Source of the DNA: Spirochaetota bacterium
Lineage (GTDB): Bacteria > Spirochaetota > Spirochaetia > Sphaerochaetales > Sphaerochaetaceae
Assembly (NCBI GenBank): GCA_023401595.1
Contig: JAEXDQ010000037.1
Location: 31,701 to 95,700, forward strand
Length of the DNA stretch: 64,000 bases
Direction of reading: 5' to 3'
Below the pieces are notes generated by a model. That model saw only the letters and a list, made by a program, of their open reading frames with translations. It searched no databases and was not told where the DNA came from. A program made the translations under genes and the position numbers. Positions 1 to 9,226 of the stretch are shown here, one piece after another. Numbering within the stretch: the stretch's first letter is position 1; every line of letters begins with the position of its first letter.

Positions 1-230
1 TCGGCCTGAACGATTTGACGGCTACTGCGTATCTGATAGAACCGTCGTGGTTCAAGACCATGTTCGTCGCAGCCGATGTCGCGATTGGCGGGATTTGCGA
101 TGGAGAAACAGTCATAGACTACAAAGGGCTCTGGGGAAAAGAACCGAATATCCATTTTGCTTTTGACGTCAGTTCCAGAGCGGTAGTCGAACGCTGGATT
201 TCCGACATGGTCGCTTTCAAACCCCGCTAG
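1..230 (+). CDS. C-terminal end of a nucleoside hydrolase-like protein (5' end outside window)
   Basis: The frame is open from the window edge. The tail IEPSWFK..VAADVAIGGICDGETVIDYKGLWGKEPNIHFAFDV resembles the C-termini of inosine/uridine-preferring nucleoside hydrolases. Recognition is from memory only. Confidence 0.4.
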   Translation, partial: GLNDLTATAYLIEPSWFKTMFVAADVAIGGICDGETVIDYKGLWGKEPNIHFAFDVSSRAVVERWISDMVAFKPR

Positions 231-443
231 GTCATTTTCGAATATTCGCCCACATGCCGATAGGAGAAGGATAAGCTTTCCTCCTATCGGCATCACAATT
301 TTCCGAATTGTAGTTTATTTTTCATAATGCAATTATCATTCCTAGCTAGGAATATAAATTCCATCATTTATATAACAACCAAGTAATTTCCCCAGGATTC
401 TTTCCTTGTGGGTTATGTGCTACAATACGGACGGAGGAAACCG

Positions 444-1112
444 ATGAGATTCTCGACGACGGACCTGTTCGACCTGGCGCATTCCCTTGCGGCGACGCTG
501 CTTTCACATAAAAAGTACCCGTGGGAGGCGCTGGCGGAACTCAAAGAGTTCATAGTCCAAACGGGAGAGGAGCTGCCGATAGAAAAATATGAAGAAGTAG
601 CGGAACACGTCTGGGTGGCGAAGAACGCCAATGTGGCGCGATCCGCGTTTCTCGGCGCCCCACTCATTATCGGAGAACGAACAGAAATCCGCCACTGTGC
701 ATATATCAGAGGTTCGGTGCTTGTCGGAAACGACTGTGTCGTTGGCAACTCCACAGAGTTGAAGAACTCGATCCTGTTCGACGGAGTACAGGCCCCCCAC
801 TTCAACTATGTCGGAGACAGCATCCTCGGTCATCTGGCCCATCTTGGAGCGGGAACGATCACCAGCAACGTCAAGTCGGACAAGTCCTCCGTGACGATAC
901 GGGACAAGGCGACTGGTGAAAACTTCGAGACGGAGCTGTGGAAGCTCGGCGCGTTGGTCGGAGACGGGGTTGAGATCGGCTGCAACTGCGTACTGAACCC
1001 GGGAACGGTCGTCGGGCGGAACACAAGCGTCTATCCGCTGACCAGCGTGCGGGGCGTGATACCTTCCGACGCCATAGTCAAAGACGCAGCAACCATCATT
1101 AAAAAGCGGTAG
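444..1112 (+). CDS. Hexapeptide-repeat (left-handed beta-helix) transferase, GlmU C-terminal-like
   Basis: Imperfect hexapeptide repeats recur (IIGERTEI, VLVGNDCVVGNSTEL, ILGHLAHLGAGTI, ALVGDGVEIGCNCVL). I prefer the ATG at 444, preceded by GGAGGA, over the GTG at 408. Confidence 0.7.
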   Translation: MRFSTTDLFDLAHSLAATLLSHKKYPWEALAELKEFIVQTGEELPIEKYEEVAEHVWVAKNANVARSAFLGAPLIIGERTEIRHCAYIRGSVLVGNDCVVGNSTELKNSILFDGVQAPHFNYVGDSILGHLAHLGAGTITSNVKSDKSSVTIRDKATGENFETELWKLGALVGDGVEIGCNCVLNPGTVVGRNTSVYPLTSVRGVIPSDAIVKDAATIIKKR

Positions 1113-1308
1113 CGTCGCGAAACCAAATCTCATGACGTCCAGCTCGATGCCTTTTCATAGCGGAAACAATCGAAAAGTACATACGATGTATATCTGCTTC
1201 CACAAGAAACATTGGCGAACATCCATTTTGCCTATGCGATAAAACAATGCTGATGTTTCTTCATATAGAATTCTTGACAAATGGGAAAAATCATGTTTTT
1301 CTAAAATT

Positions 1309-1323
1309 AGAAAATAGTTTTCT
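1309..1323. promoter_or_regulatory. Palindrome AGAAAA-TAG-TTTTCT upstream of the TAXI-TRAP operon (candidate operator)
   Basis: It has 6-bp inverted arms and lies about 50 nt upstream of the 1371 start. The same arms recur at 21005-21022 and 22079-22092. Confidence 0.35.
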
Positions 1324-1370
1324 TATATAGAAAATTACAAACCCAAATTTATGTTTTCACGGAGGGCGTC

Positions 1371-2339
1371 ATGAAAAAAACTCTGGTTCTGTTGTGCATC
1401 GTGTTGCTTACCGGTTCATTGGTGTTCGCCGGAGGTACCGGCGAAGTCGCAGGGAACAGACCTTCCCAGATCGCTATTGCGACGGCAGGTACCGGTGGGG
1501 CCTATTATCCCGTCGGAGTCGGTTTGTCTGAAATTCTGGTGAAGAGCCTGCCGGGTCTCAGCGTAAGCGTTGAAGTCACCGGAGGTACCGTGGAGAATCC
1601 AGGACTCGTCGATATCGGAGACTGTGAAATCGGAATCGCGAACTCAGACATGGCGTTTTTCGCAATGGAGGGAACCACCCCCTTCGACCGCAAGCACCAG
1701 AACCTCCGAGGGTTCATCAACGGCATGGCTCCTGGCGTCGTGCATTATGCGGTGTTGGCGAATTCCGGAATCGATTCGTTGGAAGATCTGGTTGGCAAAA
1801 GGATTGCGGTAGGCCCCCAGGGGAACAGCACCTCGCTCTTCCTGGAGAAAGTCCTGAACCTGCTGGGTTACAAATGGTCTGACATCACTCCCAGCTATCT
1901 CTCCTTCAGCGAAGGAATGCAAGCTCTCGCCGACGGCAAGGTAGACATGGCTATCGCGTCCGCAGGACCTCCCGTCAGCGCGGTCCAGGAACTTGCGGCG
2001 TCCGGCAAGAAATTCAAGCTTCTGGAGTTCAACGATGAATTCAGAGCCAAGTTCCTCAAAGCCTATCCGTACTACATCGCCTATGACATTCCAAAGAAAA
2101 CCTATGGCCTGCCGGAGGATACCCAGACAGTCGCTACGACGAACATGCTCATGGTCAATGCGAATCTCAGCGAAGAATTCGTCTATGACATGACAAAGGC
2201 GGTATTTGAGAATTTCGATTCGCTTGTAGCGGCGGCCCCCGCCACTGCGACCATCACATTGGAGGATGCGCCGAACACCAGCATCCCATTGCATGAAGGC
2301 GCCGCGAAATACTATCGCGAACAGGGAGTACTGAACTGA
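1371..2339 (+). CDS. TAXI-family TRAP transporter solute-binding protein
   Basis: It has an N-terminal signal/lipobox-like region and the motifs ATAGTGGAYYPVGVGL and GGTVENP typical of TAXI (TTT/Imp-like) receptors. It is a paralog of 19969-20955. Confidence 0.85.
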   Translation: MKKTLVLLCIVLLTGSLVFAGGTGEVAGNRPSQIAIATAGTGGAYYPVGVGLSEILVKSLPGLSVSVEVTGGTVENPGLVDIGDCEIGIANSDMAFFAMEGTTPFDRKHQNLRGFINGMAPGVVHYAVLANSGIDSLEDLVGKRIAVGPQGNSTSLFLEKVLNLLGYKWSDITPSYLSFSEGMQALADGKVDMAIASAGPPVSAVQELAASGKKFKLLEFNDEFRAKFLKAYPYYIAYDIPKKTYGLPEDTQTVATTNMLMVNANLSEEFVYDMTKAVFENFDSLVAAAPATATITLEDAPNTSIPLHEGAAKYYREQGVLN

Positions 2340-4201
2340 TGAAGCTGAAAGAGGCATTGAATTCTAGATTTCTGGAAATATTCATTGCTGTCGTGACCTT
2401 GTTCGGAGGCTGTTTCCATCTGTATACGGGAGGAATCGGTACGTTTTCCTCCATGACGCAGACTGTGACGCACTGGTTGGTCATCTTTTCCATTGTGTTC
2501 CTTCTCTACCCGAAGAAACGGGAACGGAACATCCTGGATTGGATACTGACCAGCTGTGCGGCGCTGGTAGGGACATACATACTGCTGACCTGGGGGGGAC
2601 GCGTAAACCGCGTCTCTCCGATACTTCCCGCCACGGAAGTCGTCATCGGGGTACTGCTGATACTTCTGGTATTGGAAGCCTCGCGCAGATGTACCGGCAA
2701 TTTTCTGATGATCACGGCATTGGTGTTCCTCGTATATGCGAAAATCGGTCCGTACCTGCCCGGCATACTCCGGCACAAGGGCTATTCCTGGTATAGGATC
2801 ATCTCCATGCTCTGCTATTCAGAGACAGGGATATTCGGCAACGCATTGAGCATCAGCGCGACATTCGTCGTCCTGTTCGTCCTGTTCGGTTCGCTGCTGA
2901 ACGCCTGCAACGGAGGAAAGCTATTCATTGATATCGCATATTCCGTAACAGGAGGTTCAAGAGGCGGCCCGGCTAAGACCGCGATTCTCAGCAGTCTCAT
3001 GATGGGTTGCATATCGGGCTCTCCAGTCGCGAACGTGGTAACGACAGGCACGTTCACCATCCCTCTCATGAAGAAAGCCGGCTATGAACCAGAGGAGGCG
3101 TGCGCGGTAGAAGCCGTCGCTTCCACCGGGGGGCAGATCATGCCTCCGGTAATGGGCGCTGCGGCGTTCCTTGTAGCGGAATATGTGGGGATCAACTACG
3201 GAGAACTGTGCGTATCGGCATTCATCCCCGCTATCTTCTACTATATAGCGTTGTTCTTGATCATAGACGGACTATCGTTGAAGAAAGGGCTACTGGGATT
3301 GCCCCGAGAACAGCTGCCGCCGTTAAAATCGGCATTGAAAGACGGCGCCCACCTGTTCATTCCGATACTCGTCCTGATCATCAGCCTTGTCAACGGATTC
3401 TCATCGATGAAGTCGGTATTCTACTCGATGATCGTCCTCGTCCTGATAGCCGAGACAAGGACTTCGACAAGGATCAACTGGAAAGGGATTGTCAAAGCGG
3501 TGCAGGACGGCGTCATCTCCACCGTTCCGGTCGCGGTATCCTGCGCGGCGGCAGGAATCATCGTCGGCGTAGTGAATCTGACGGGTCTGGGCGTCAAATT
3601 CTCCAGTTCACTGATCGCGCTGTCGCATGGTAGCATTCCCATCGCGCTTCTGTTGACCATGGTGGCGTCCATCATCCTGGGATGCGGATTGCCTACGACG
3701 GCGGTATATATCATTCTGGCGTCGTTGGCGGCCCCGGCGTTAATCCAGATGGGAGTGGCCCCGCTGGCGGCTCACCTGTTCGTGTTCTACTTCGGATGCG
3801 TCTCCACGATCACACCGCCGGTGGCGTTGACATCCTATGCCGCGGCAGGTATCGGGGACGCCAATCCGTCCAAAACGGGAGTCAAAGCGTTCCTGTTTGG
3901 ATTGGTGGCGTATATCGTACCGTTCATGTTCGTTTTCTCGCCCGCATTGCTGTTACAGGATACTGTTCCCAATATCATCCTGGCTATCTGTACCGCATTG
4001 ATAGGCATATACGAGCTATCGGCGGGAGTCTCCGGCTACCTGAGGACCGAGCTGTCCGTCCCGACAAGGCTTCTGTTGATCGTCGGGGGATGCCTGCTCA
4101 TAGCGTTCGGCATAGTGACGGATATCCTCGGAATCTCAGCGTTGGCGATCGCTTACATCATCCAGACAGTCAAAGTCAAAAAACAATCACAAACAATATA
4201 A
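2339..4201 (+). CDS. TRAP transporter fused (DctQM-like) permease, TAXI type
   Basis: This is a 620-aa polytopic membrane protein whose start overlaps the stop of the binding-protein gene. It is a paralog of 17999-19897. Confidence 0.85.
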   Translation: MKLKEALNSRFLEIFIAVVTLFGGCFHLYTGGIGTFSSMTQTVTHWLVIFSIVFLLYPKKRERNILDWILTSCAALVGTYILLTWGGRVNRVSPILPATEVVIGVLLILLVLEASRRCTGNFLMITALVFLVYAKIGPYLPGILRHKGYSWYRIISMLCYSETGIFGNALSISATFVVLFVLFGSLLNACNGGKLFIDIAYSVTGGSRGGPAKTAILSSLMMGCISGSPVANVVTTGTFTIPLMKKAGYEPEEACAVEAVASTGGQIMPPVMGAAAFLVAEYVGINYGELCVSAFIPAIFYYIALFLIIDGLSLKKGLLGLPREQLPPLKSALKDGAHLFIPILVLIISLVNGFSSMKSVFYSMIVLVLIAETRTSTRINWKGIVKAVQDGVISTVPVAVSCAAAGIIVGVVNLTGLGVKFSSSLIALSHGSIPIALLLTMVASIILGCGLPTTAVYIILASLAAPALIQMGVAPLAAHLFVFYFGCVSTITPPVALTSYAAAGIGDANPSKTGVKAFLFGLVAYIVPFMFVFSPALLLQDTVPNIILAICTALIGIYELSAGVSGYLRTELSVPTRLLLIVGGCLLIAFGIVTDILGISALAIAYIIQTVKVKKQSQTI

Positions 4202-4212
4202 AGGAGTCACAT

Positions 4213-5292
4213 ATGGACGCGCATGAGAAATTCGACTTGCACAAGCTCATGGATATCGAGGTACCGCAGGAACGTGTGGACAGAATCAAGGACGTGGTCT
4301 ATTTCGACCGAGGGGATATCAGCGACGAAGTGAAGAATTTCCTGATCAAGGAGCAGATACGGTTCGTCAACATACAGTACGCCCGTTTTCTTGCGGGAAT
4401 CCACTTCACCCAGGAAGAAGTCGACGGACTGCTCGCCGGCTCCATAGATATCCACGCCCACGGTGGGTCGGAACCCTTTGAGCGGATATGTCTGGAGGAC
4501 CAGTTGATCAAGGACTGCATGGACGCGGGAATGAAGGCGCTGGTCATCAAGACCTGGTACACGCCCTCCGCAAGTCGCAACGCCCTGCTGATGAAGCAGA
4601 TCGACCAATGGGCCCAGGAACAGGAGAAGACCCCGATCAAGCTCTTCGGCGGCATTACACTGAACAATTCGGTGGGAGGGTTGAACCCCAACGCAGTGGA
4701 ACGGTGCCTCAAATTCCCCGGATTCAAATACGTCTGGCTGCCGATGGTGGATTCCTACCATCATAGGAAGCTTGTCTATGATGACCAGACTGGCGGAGGG
4801 ATTCACATTCTGGATGAAAACGGCAGGTGCAAGCCCGAACTCAAGGAAATCTTCCGCATAGCGGCTGACAACGACCTGGTGGTGGCGTCGGGACATTACC
4901 CGTATGCGGAAACCTCCGTCGTCTTCGAAGAGGCGAAGAAACTGGGTGTGAAGCGGCTTGAGGTCGTACATCCGGCGCATATCCATTCAAAAACGACTAT
5001 CGCCCAAATGAAGGAATATGCGAAGGAGAACGTCATGCTCATGCTGTCCGGTCTGGGGACGCTTTGTTTCCCGCTCCACGAAACAGGGCCGATCTATGCG
5101 GCGCAGATGATCCAGGAAGTCGGAGCGGATCATTTCGTCTATGGCTCGGATTTCGGACAGATACACAATCCCAGACATATCATCGGCAACAGATGGATGA
5201 TCCAGATTCTCCTGGCCTATGGCGTTTCTCAGCAGGATATCACCAAGATATTCAAGACGAACCCTGCCAGGCATCTTGGTCTCACAGATTGA
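4213..5292 (+). CDS. Amidohydrolase-superfamily-like metal hydrolase (uncharacterised subfamily)
   Basis: The ATG at 4213 follows AAGGAG. It carries the HxH-type motif DIHAHGG and the conserved block ERCLKFPGFKYVWLPMVDSYHH, which is shared with the paralog at 16900-18018. The ORF-track extension back to 3682 overlaps the permease and is rejected. Confidence 0.65.
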   Translation: MDAHEKFDLHKLMDIEVPQERVDRIKDVVYFDRGDISDEVKNFLIKEQIRFVNIQYARFLAGIHFTQEEVDGLLAGSIDIHAHGGSEPFERICLEDQLIKDCMDAGMKALVIKTWYTPSASRNALLMKQIDQWAQEQEKTPIKLFGGITLNNSVGGLNPNAVERCLKFPGFKYVWLPMVDSYHHRKLVYDDQTGGGIHILDENGRCKPELKEIFRIAADNDLVVASGHYPYAETSVVFEEAKKLGVKRLEVVHPAHIHSKTTIAQMKEYAKENVMLMLSGLGTLCFPLHETGPIYAAQMIQEVGADHFVYGSDFGQIHNPRHIIGNRWMIQILLAYGVSQQDITKIFKTNPARHLGLTD

Positions 5293-5335
5293 CGGGGAGA
5301 TACCCGCTCCTCCAAACATGCCTTTTCCTTTTCCG

Positions 5336-5369
5336 ATGGATGCGAAGAGCCCCTACTCTTTGCATCCAT
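5336..5369 (+). terminator. Hairpin downstream of the amidohydrolase gene (possible intrinsic terminator)
   Basis: A 14-bp stem (one G-U pair) pairs atggatgcgaagag with ctctttgcatccat across a 6-nt loop. The following T tract is weak. Confidence 0.4.
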
Positions 5370-5476
5370 TGGAATTATTTCATGGTGATGACTAAACCTG
5401 ACGTCACCGCTCCTACCTTCCGACGCCCTTGATTTATCCTTCGTCGGTACTTATAATATCGGTATAAAGGTACCCA

Positions 5477-6247
5477 ATGGAAAAAAGGAAAACTCCCGCG
5501 TTAAAAACCGTCGAGAAAGCGCTCGGCATTCTTGATATCGTTGGCGAAGCGAAAAAACCGATGTCGGCGTCGGAAATCGCACGAATCGCCAGGACCCCGA
5601 TCAGTACGACATACAAAATGCTCTCGACTATGGCGGAAATGGAATACATAGAGTTCGACGAAACCACGAAATTCTACCAAACGGGAACAAAAGTCCTCCG
5701 TTTCGCCAGCAATCTGAATGAGAGCAGGAGCATCAACCAAGTAGCGTTTCCAATAATGCTTACCGTCGCGGAACAGACGAAAGAGACAGTCCATCTTGGC
5801 GTTCCGGAAGAATACCACGGCGTATTCCTGGAAAAGGTCAATTCGCCTCATACGGTGGGAGTCCAGACCCGTATCGGGACGAGGATACCTTTCAATATCG
5901 GCGCTACGTCAAAAGCGATGATGGCGTTTCTCCCCGAAGGCAGATTCCAGGATTTCTGTGAGAACTTCCTGGACGATGGAACCGAAACAGGGAAACGGGC
6001 GGTCGCGAAAGCAATTGAACAGAGGGAGTCCATCCGACAAGCGGGCTATGCGGTGACCTTCGAAGAAGTAAATCCGAATGTCGCGGCTGTCGCCGCTCCC
6101 GTCTTCGGTTTTGGCAATATGCTCCTCGGGTCAATGGCGATCGCCGGACCATGCGAACGTTTTACAGAAGACGCGATCACCAGGTATATCCCGCTGATCA
6201 AGGAAGCCTGCAGAACATTATCGAAAAAACTCGGTGCGACAGTATAG
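5477..6247 (+). CDS. IclR-family transcriptional regulator
   Basis: It has an N-terminal wHTH (LKTVEKALGILDIV..MSASEIARIA) and a C-terminal IclR effector-domain layout over 256 aa. Confidence 0.85.
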   Translation: MEKRKTPALKTVEKALGILDIVGEAKKPMSASEIARIARTPISTTYKMLSTMAEMEYIEFDETTKFYQTGTKVLRFASNLNESRSINQVAFPIMLTVAEQTKETVHLGVPEEYHGVFLEKVNSPHTVGVQTRIGTRIPFNIGATSKAMMAFLPEGRFQDFCENFLDDGTETGKRAVAKAIEQRESIRQAGYAVTFEEVNPNVAAVAAPVFGFGNMLLGSMAIAGPCERFTEDAITRYIPLIKEACRTLSKKLGATV

Positions 6248-6308
6248 CTTTTCATCACCTCCCTCCGCCGGGCAATCACATTGATTGTGAAGGGAGGCGT
6301 ATGAAATG

Positions 6309-6322
6309 TTTTCAAATGAAAA
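6309..6322. promoter_or_regulatory. Palindrome TTTTCA-AA-TGAAAA upstream of HTH paralog 1 (candidate operator)
   Basis: It lies 73 nt upstream of the GTG at 6395. The equivalent TTTTCATATGAAAA sits 71 nt upstream of the GTG of the other two paralogs. Confidence 0.55.
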
Positions 6323-6394
6323 TTAATCGCCAAATATGCAGGTTTTGTTTCTATATGAAATATAGCGATGCGGCTACAGTTTATATGTATATCC

Positions 6395-6757
6395 GTGATA
6401 GAGTTTTGGCAAAGGGTGTATGCAGCGTTGGAAACAACGGGCCTCCGTATGGCGGATATCTCCAGACTCACGGACATTCCACGTTCCACGTTTTCAAACT
6501 GGATACGCTGGGGTCGTTATCCATCGGTGGACAATGCGGAAAAGATCGCCAGCGTATTGGGCGTCTCAGTGGAATGGTTGGTGAAGGGCGTCGATGTATA
6601 TGAAGACTATGACGATGACATGGATTCGCCCCTAGTGGTCAATGTCATCAATACGATACGGACGATGGATGAAAATCAGCTCAACGCATTGGAGCCGGTC
6701 CTGAGCTATATGGCCGCCCCGGAGGCAGACCGGCGATCCAGGACAAAGAAGGGATAA
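6395..6757 (+). CDS. XRE/Cro-type HTH regulator, paralog 1 (heads the Wadjet operon)
   Basis: It carries an HTH (MADISRLTDIPRSTFSNWIRWGRYPSVDNAEKIASVLGVSVEWL) and an acidic YEDYDDD linker. The GTG start is inferred from the conserved cgtgatagaNtt(t/c)tgg context shared with the paralogs at 37484 and 46001. There is no obvious SD, and an ATG at 6368 is also possible. Confidence 0.7.
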   Translation: MIEFWQRVYAALETTGLRMADISRLTDIPRSTFSNWIRWGRYPSVDNAEKIASVLGVSVEWLVKGVDVYEDYDDDMDSPLVVNVINTIRTMDENQLNALEPVLSYMAAPEADRRSRTKKG

Positions 6758-6819
6758 CCCCAGCGGGACAGACCGCGCCTTTGGAAAACCCTTGTCCTCC
6801 CCTTCTTTGCGGTTTCACC

Positions 6820-6848
6820 GTTTTTCATGGAGCACATTCATGAAAAAC
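6820..6848. promoter_or_regulatory. Split palindrome GTTTTTCATG-N9-CATGAAAAAC in the jetA promoter region
   Basis: It has perfect 10-bp inverted arms and lies 70 nt upstream of the jetA start. It uses the same TTTTCAT half-site as the HTH-gene palindromes. A third half-site lies at 6864-6871. Confidence 0.5.
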
Positions 6849-6918
6849 ATCAGGGAATCGGCGTTTTTCATCTTCCAAGACCTTTCCATAGCCTCTATAC
6901 TTTCGCAAGGAATATTTC

Positions 6919-8412
6919 ATGACAGACATTACGCAAGAGTATATCCAAACGCTTATCGACACAAACAGCGGCCTGAAGCTCCTCCATGCGCGGAACGCCA
7001 ACGTCATCATAGCCTTCCTGTACCAGGTATTCGGAAATCTCAATGAAACAAGCATGGAGCAGGATCGGCTCCTCGCATCCTTGGAAAACTATTTCAACAC
7101 GAACGACGTCGCTTCCGAGGCTCTGGAGATACCGGATCAGACGGATCTCGGGCTGGACAACAAGGTCAAGGCGAAAGCGGCGGTGAACGCCTGGTGTCAG
7201 AAGGGATACCTGCTCAGGTCCTACAATGAAAGCGTCCAGGAGATCATCACCCTCTCCGCCGGTGTCAGCAGGCTGTTCCGGTATCTGGAAGACATCGACA
7301 ACAGCACGAAAGGCATCGTCGGCGCCGACAGTCGTTTTTCCTCCATCATCCATCAGATCAACGAACTGGAGGAGAAGACAACCGAGGACCCCCTTGAACG
7401 CATTCAGTCTCTCAAGACGAAGCAACAGGCATTGCAGGATGAAATTCTCGCCATTGAATCGCAAGGGGTCGCGCCGACCTTCACCAAAGTCCAGATACAA
7501 GAGCGTATAGAAGAGCTTGAACGGCAATGCAAGGCGTTGCTGAGCGATTTCAGACAGCTCAAGGACAACAACCACAGGCTGTTCCTGCAAATATGCAAGA
7601 AACAGCTGGAGGCGACGGACAGCAGGGGCGACATCCTGCAATACACGATGGAGGGACAGTCGGCGATCTCCAGTTCCCCGCAAGGACAGAGCTTCGACGC
7701 TTTCTGGGGATATCTGACGCTGGAAGAAGAGGAAAACACGTTATACCGGCAGATCAAAGCGTTGGAGCATAAAATCGAAGACCTCGACCTGGACTGGGAT
7801 TTCACCTTCCTGAAAGGTCTGGAAGACCGGCTGTACGAAGAAGGCAGGAGCGTCAACGAAGAAAACCACATGCTCTCATCCCGCCTTCGGAGGATCCTGC
7901 TCCGTTACGCCAGCGGAGAATATCAGCAGATGCAGGAGCTGAGCCGGGAAGTCAAGGCGATGTGCGCCGCGCTCGACACCATACCGAAAGAGGCATGGAT
8001 GGAAGCCGATGGAAGACTCTCTCTCGATTCCACATTCTCCAGACCGCTCGTACTACCGCCGGTGAAGATGGAGCATTCCGTAACGAGCTATGAAGAGCAG
8101 GAAGCCACCGGAGGGGATGTCCTTGGCAAGGTGTTCGCACAACAGAGCATCTCCACCGCGACGCTCAGGGAGCATATCGATATCCTGAGGAAACAGTATC
8201 CGACCTTTACGCTCGCGACAGTCGTCGAGCGTTTTCCGTTGCAATTCGGTCTTGAGGAGCTTCTGAAATATCTGACAATGGTCATGCGGATGGACAGTGA
8301 CCAAAAAAGCGTAGACCCCTATGAAGAGGACAAAATACTCTTTCTTTCATACCCAGACGGTCGCCCCACTGTGGTGACCATACCCAAGGTGATCATCTAT
8401 GGAGAAAACTAA
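6919..8412 (+). CDS. jetA: Wadjet JetA (MksB-like kleisin, DUF3375-type)
   Basis: This 497-aa, coiled-coil-rich protein is the first gene of a 4-gene operon whose sizes and order match JetABCD. Its stop overlaps the jetB start. Confidence 0.75.
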   Translation: MTDITQEYIQTLIDTNSGLKLLHARNANVIIAFLYQVFGNLNETSMEQDRLLASLENYFNTNDVASEALEIPDQTDLGLDNKVKAKAAVNAWCQKGYLLRSYNESVQEIITLSAGVSRLFRYLEDIDNSTKGIVGADSRFSSIIHQINELEEKTTEDPLERIQSLKTKQQALQDEILAIESQGVAPTFTKVQIQERIEELERQCKALLSDFRQLKDNNHRLFLQICKKQLEATDSRGDILQYTMEGQSAISSSPQGQSFDAFWGYLTLEEEENTLYRQIKALEHKIEDLDLDWDFTFLKGLEDRLYEEGRSVNEENHMLSSRLRRILLRYASGEYQQMQELSREVKAMCAALDTIPKEAWMEADGRLSLDSTFSRPLVLPPVKMEHSVTSYEEQEATGGDVLGKVFAQQSISTATLREHIDILRKQYPTFTLATVVERFPLQFGLEELLKYLTMVMRMDSDQKSVDPYEEDKILFLSYPDGRPTVVTIPKVIIYGEN

Positions 8413-9226
8413 CAGCTGGGCGGCGGCCTGCATCCATGTCATGCAGAAACCTCTGTTCGCGGAAGACACGGAGCTGTTCGCTTCGTTGTGCAACTATCAA
8501 CAGGAAATCAGCGGCTACCTTTCCAAAATCGGATTGGAGCTCGTCCTCAACAGGGACCTTGGCTACGCATTCATTCGACAGTTCGACGCTCCCGAGGGAG
8601 AAGAGAATTCCCTGCCGAAGCTGATTCGCAGAATTCCGGTCACCTTTGAACAGTCTCTGGTACTGGTGATCCTGTACGATGAATTGGAAAAATTCGACGG
8701 CAACGGCGGCGACACCCCGTTCTGCATCGTAACGGAAGGTCAGGTCAGGGAACTGGCCCAAGCCTGTTGGCCCGGTGCGAATACCGACCAGACGAAATTC
8801 CAGGACGCCATTGCGAAGGCCTTGTCCGATCTTGCTGAGCAGGGGTTGATCCGTGAACGCAGGCCGCAGGGCATGAACGACCAGGAAAGCGAGCTTTACA
8901 AATCGAACCGTAGGTACGAACTACGCAATATCATCCGTGCGAGGGTGACGAAGGATTTCTTCATGGAGTTCAAGCGGAGGCTTGAGGAGTTCGCGAACGG
9001 AGGGAAAACATCCTCTCAAACAGAACGCAGACTCGTCGAAACAATATCCGGGGAGGCTGTTTCTCCCTTGGAGGAAGAATCGGGCGTCGAGGACATCGAT
9101 GAAACCGCCCTCGAAGCCATCCTCCCTACCGTCTATGACGATGAAACTGAGGATGAGGGCGGACCCGGAATATCAGCCGAAAGCATGGAAGATGGAAGAC
9201 AGCTGGAGGTACGTAATGCAGAATGA
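8399..9226 (+). CDS. jetB: Wadjet JetB (MksE-like, DUF4194-type)
   Basis: This 275-aa protein has an acidic C-terminal tail, holds the second position in the operon, and overlaps both neighbouring genes. Confidence 0.7.
   Translation: MEKTNSWAAACIHVMQKPLFAEDTELFASLCNYQQEISGYLSKIGLELVLNRDLGYAFIRQFDAPEGEENSLPKLIRRIPVTFEQSLVLVILYDELEKFDGNGGDTPFCIVTEGQVRELAQACWPGANTDQTKFQDAIAKALSDLAEQGLIRERRPQGMNDQESELYKSNRRYELRNIIRARVTKDFFMEFKRRLEEFANGGKTSSQTERRLVETISGEAVSPLEEESGVEDIDETALEAILPTVYDDETEDEGGPGISAESMEDGRQLEVRNAE

Noticed and set aside
504-1133. Long ORFs antisense or out of frame to confident genes. Examples are 504-1133 -, 1644-2357 -, 4207-4986 -, 6895-7683 -, 10980-12011 -, 15946-16860 +, 38238-38837 -, 44108-44764 +, 58654-59334 + and 59569-60189 +.
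   Set aside because: Each lies entirely inside a gene with clear family motifs on the other strand or frame. Their translations are Arg/Gly/Pro-rich and low in complexity, with no recognisable motifs. They are shadow ORFs.
1274-1307. A sigma70-like promoter call: TTGACA at 1274-1279 with TAAAAT at 1302-1307.
   Set aside because: The spacer is 22 nt, which is too long for a standard -35/-10 pair. The promoter preferences of the host are also unknown.
3682-4212. The 5' extension of the amidohydrolase-like ORF (the track gives 3682-5292).
   Set aside because: The extension overlaps the 3' third of the TRAP permease in another frame. The ATG at 4213 has an AAGGAG SD and matches the N-terminus of the paralog at 18018.
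8982-9215. The 5' extension of jetC (the track gives 8982-12620).
   Set aside because: The extension lies inside jetB. The ATG at 9216 yields the expected N-terminus, placing Walker A about 45 residues in, and gives the overlap typical of this operon.
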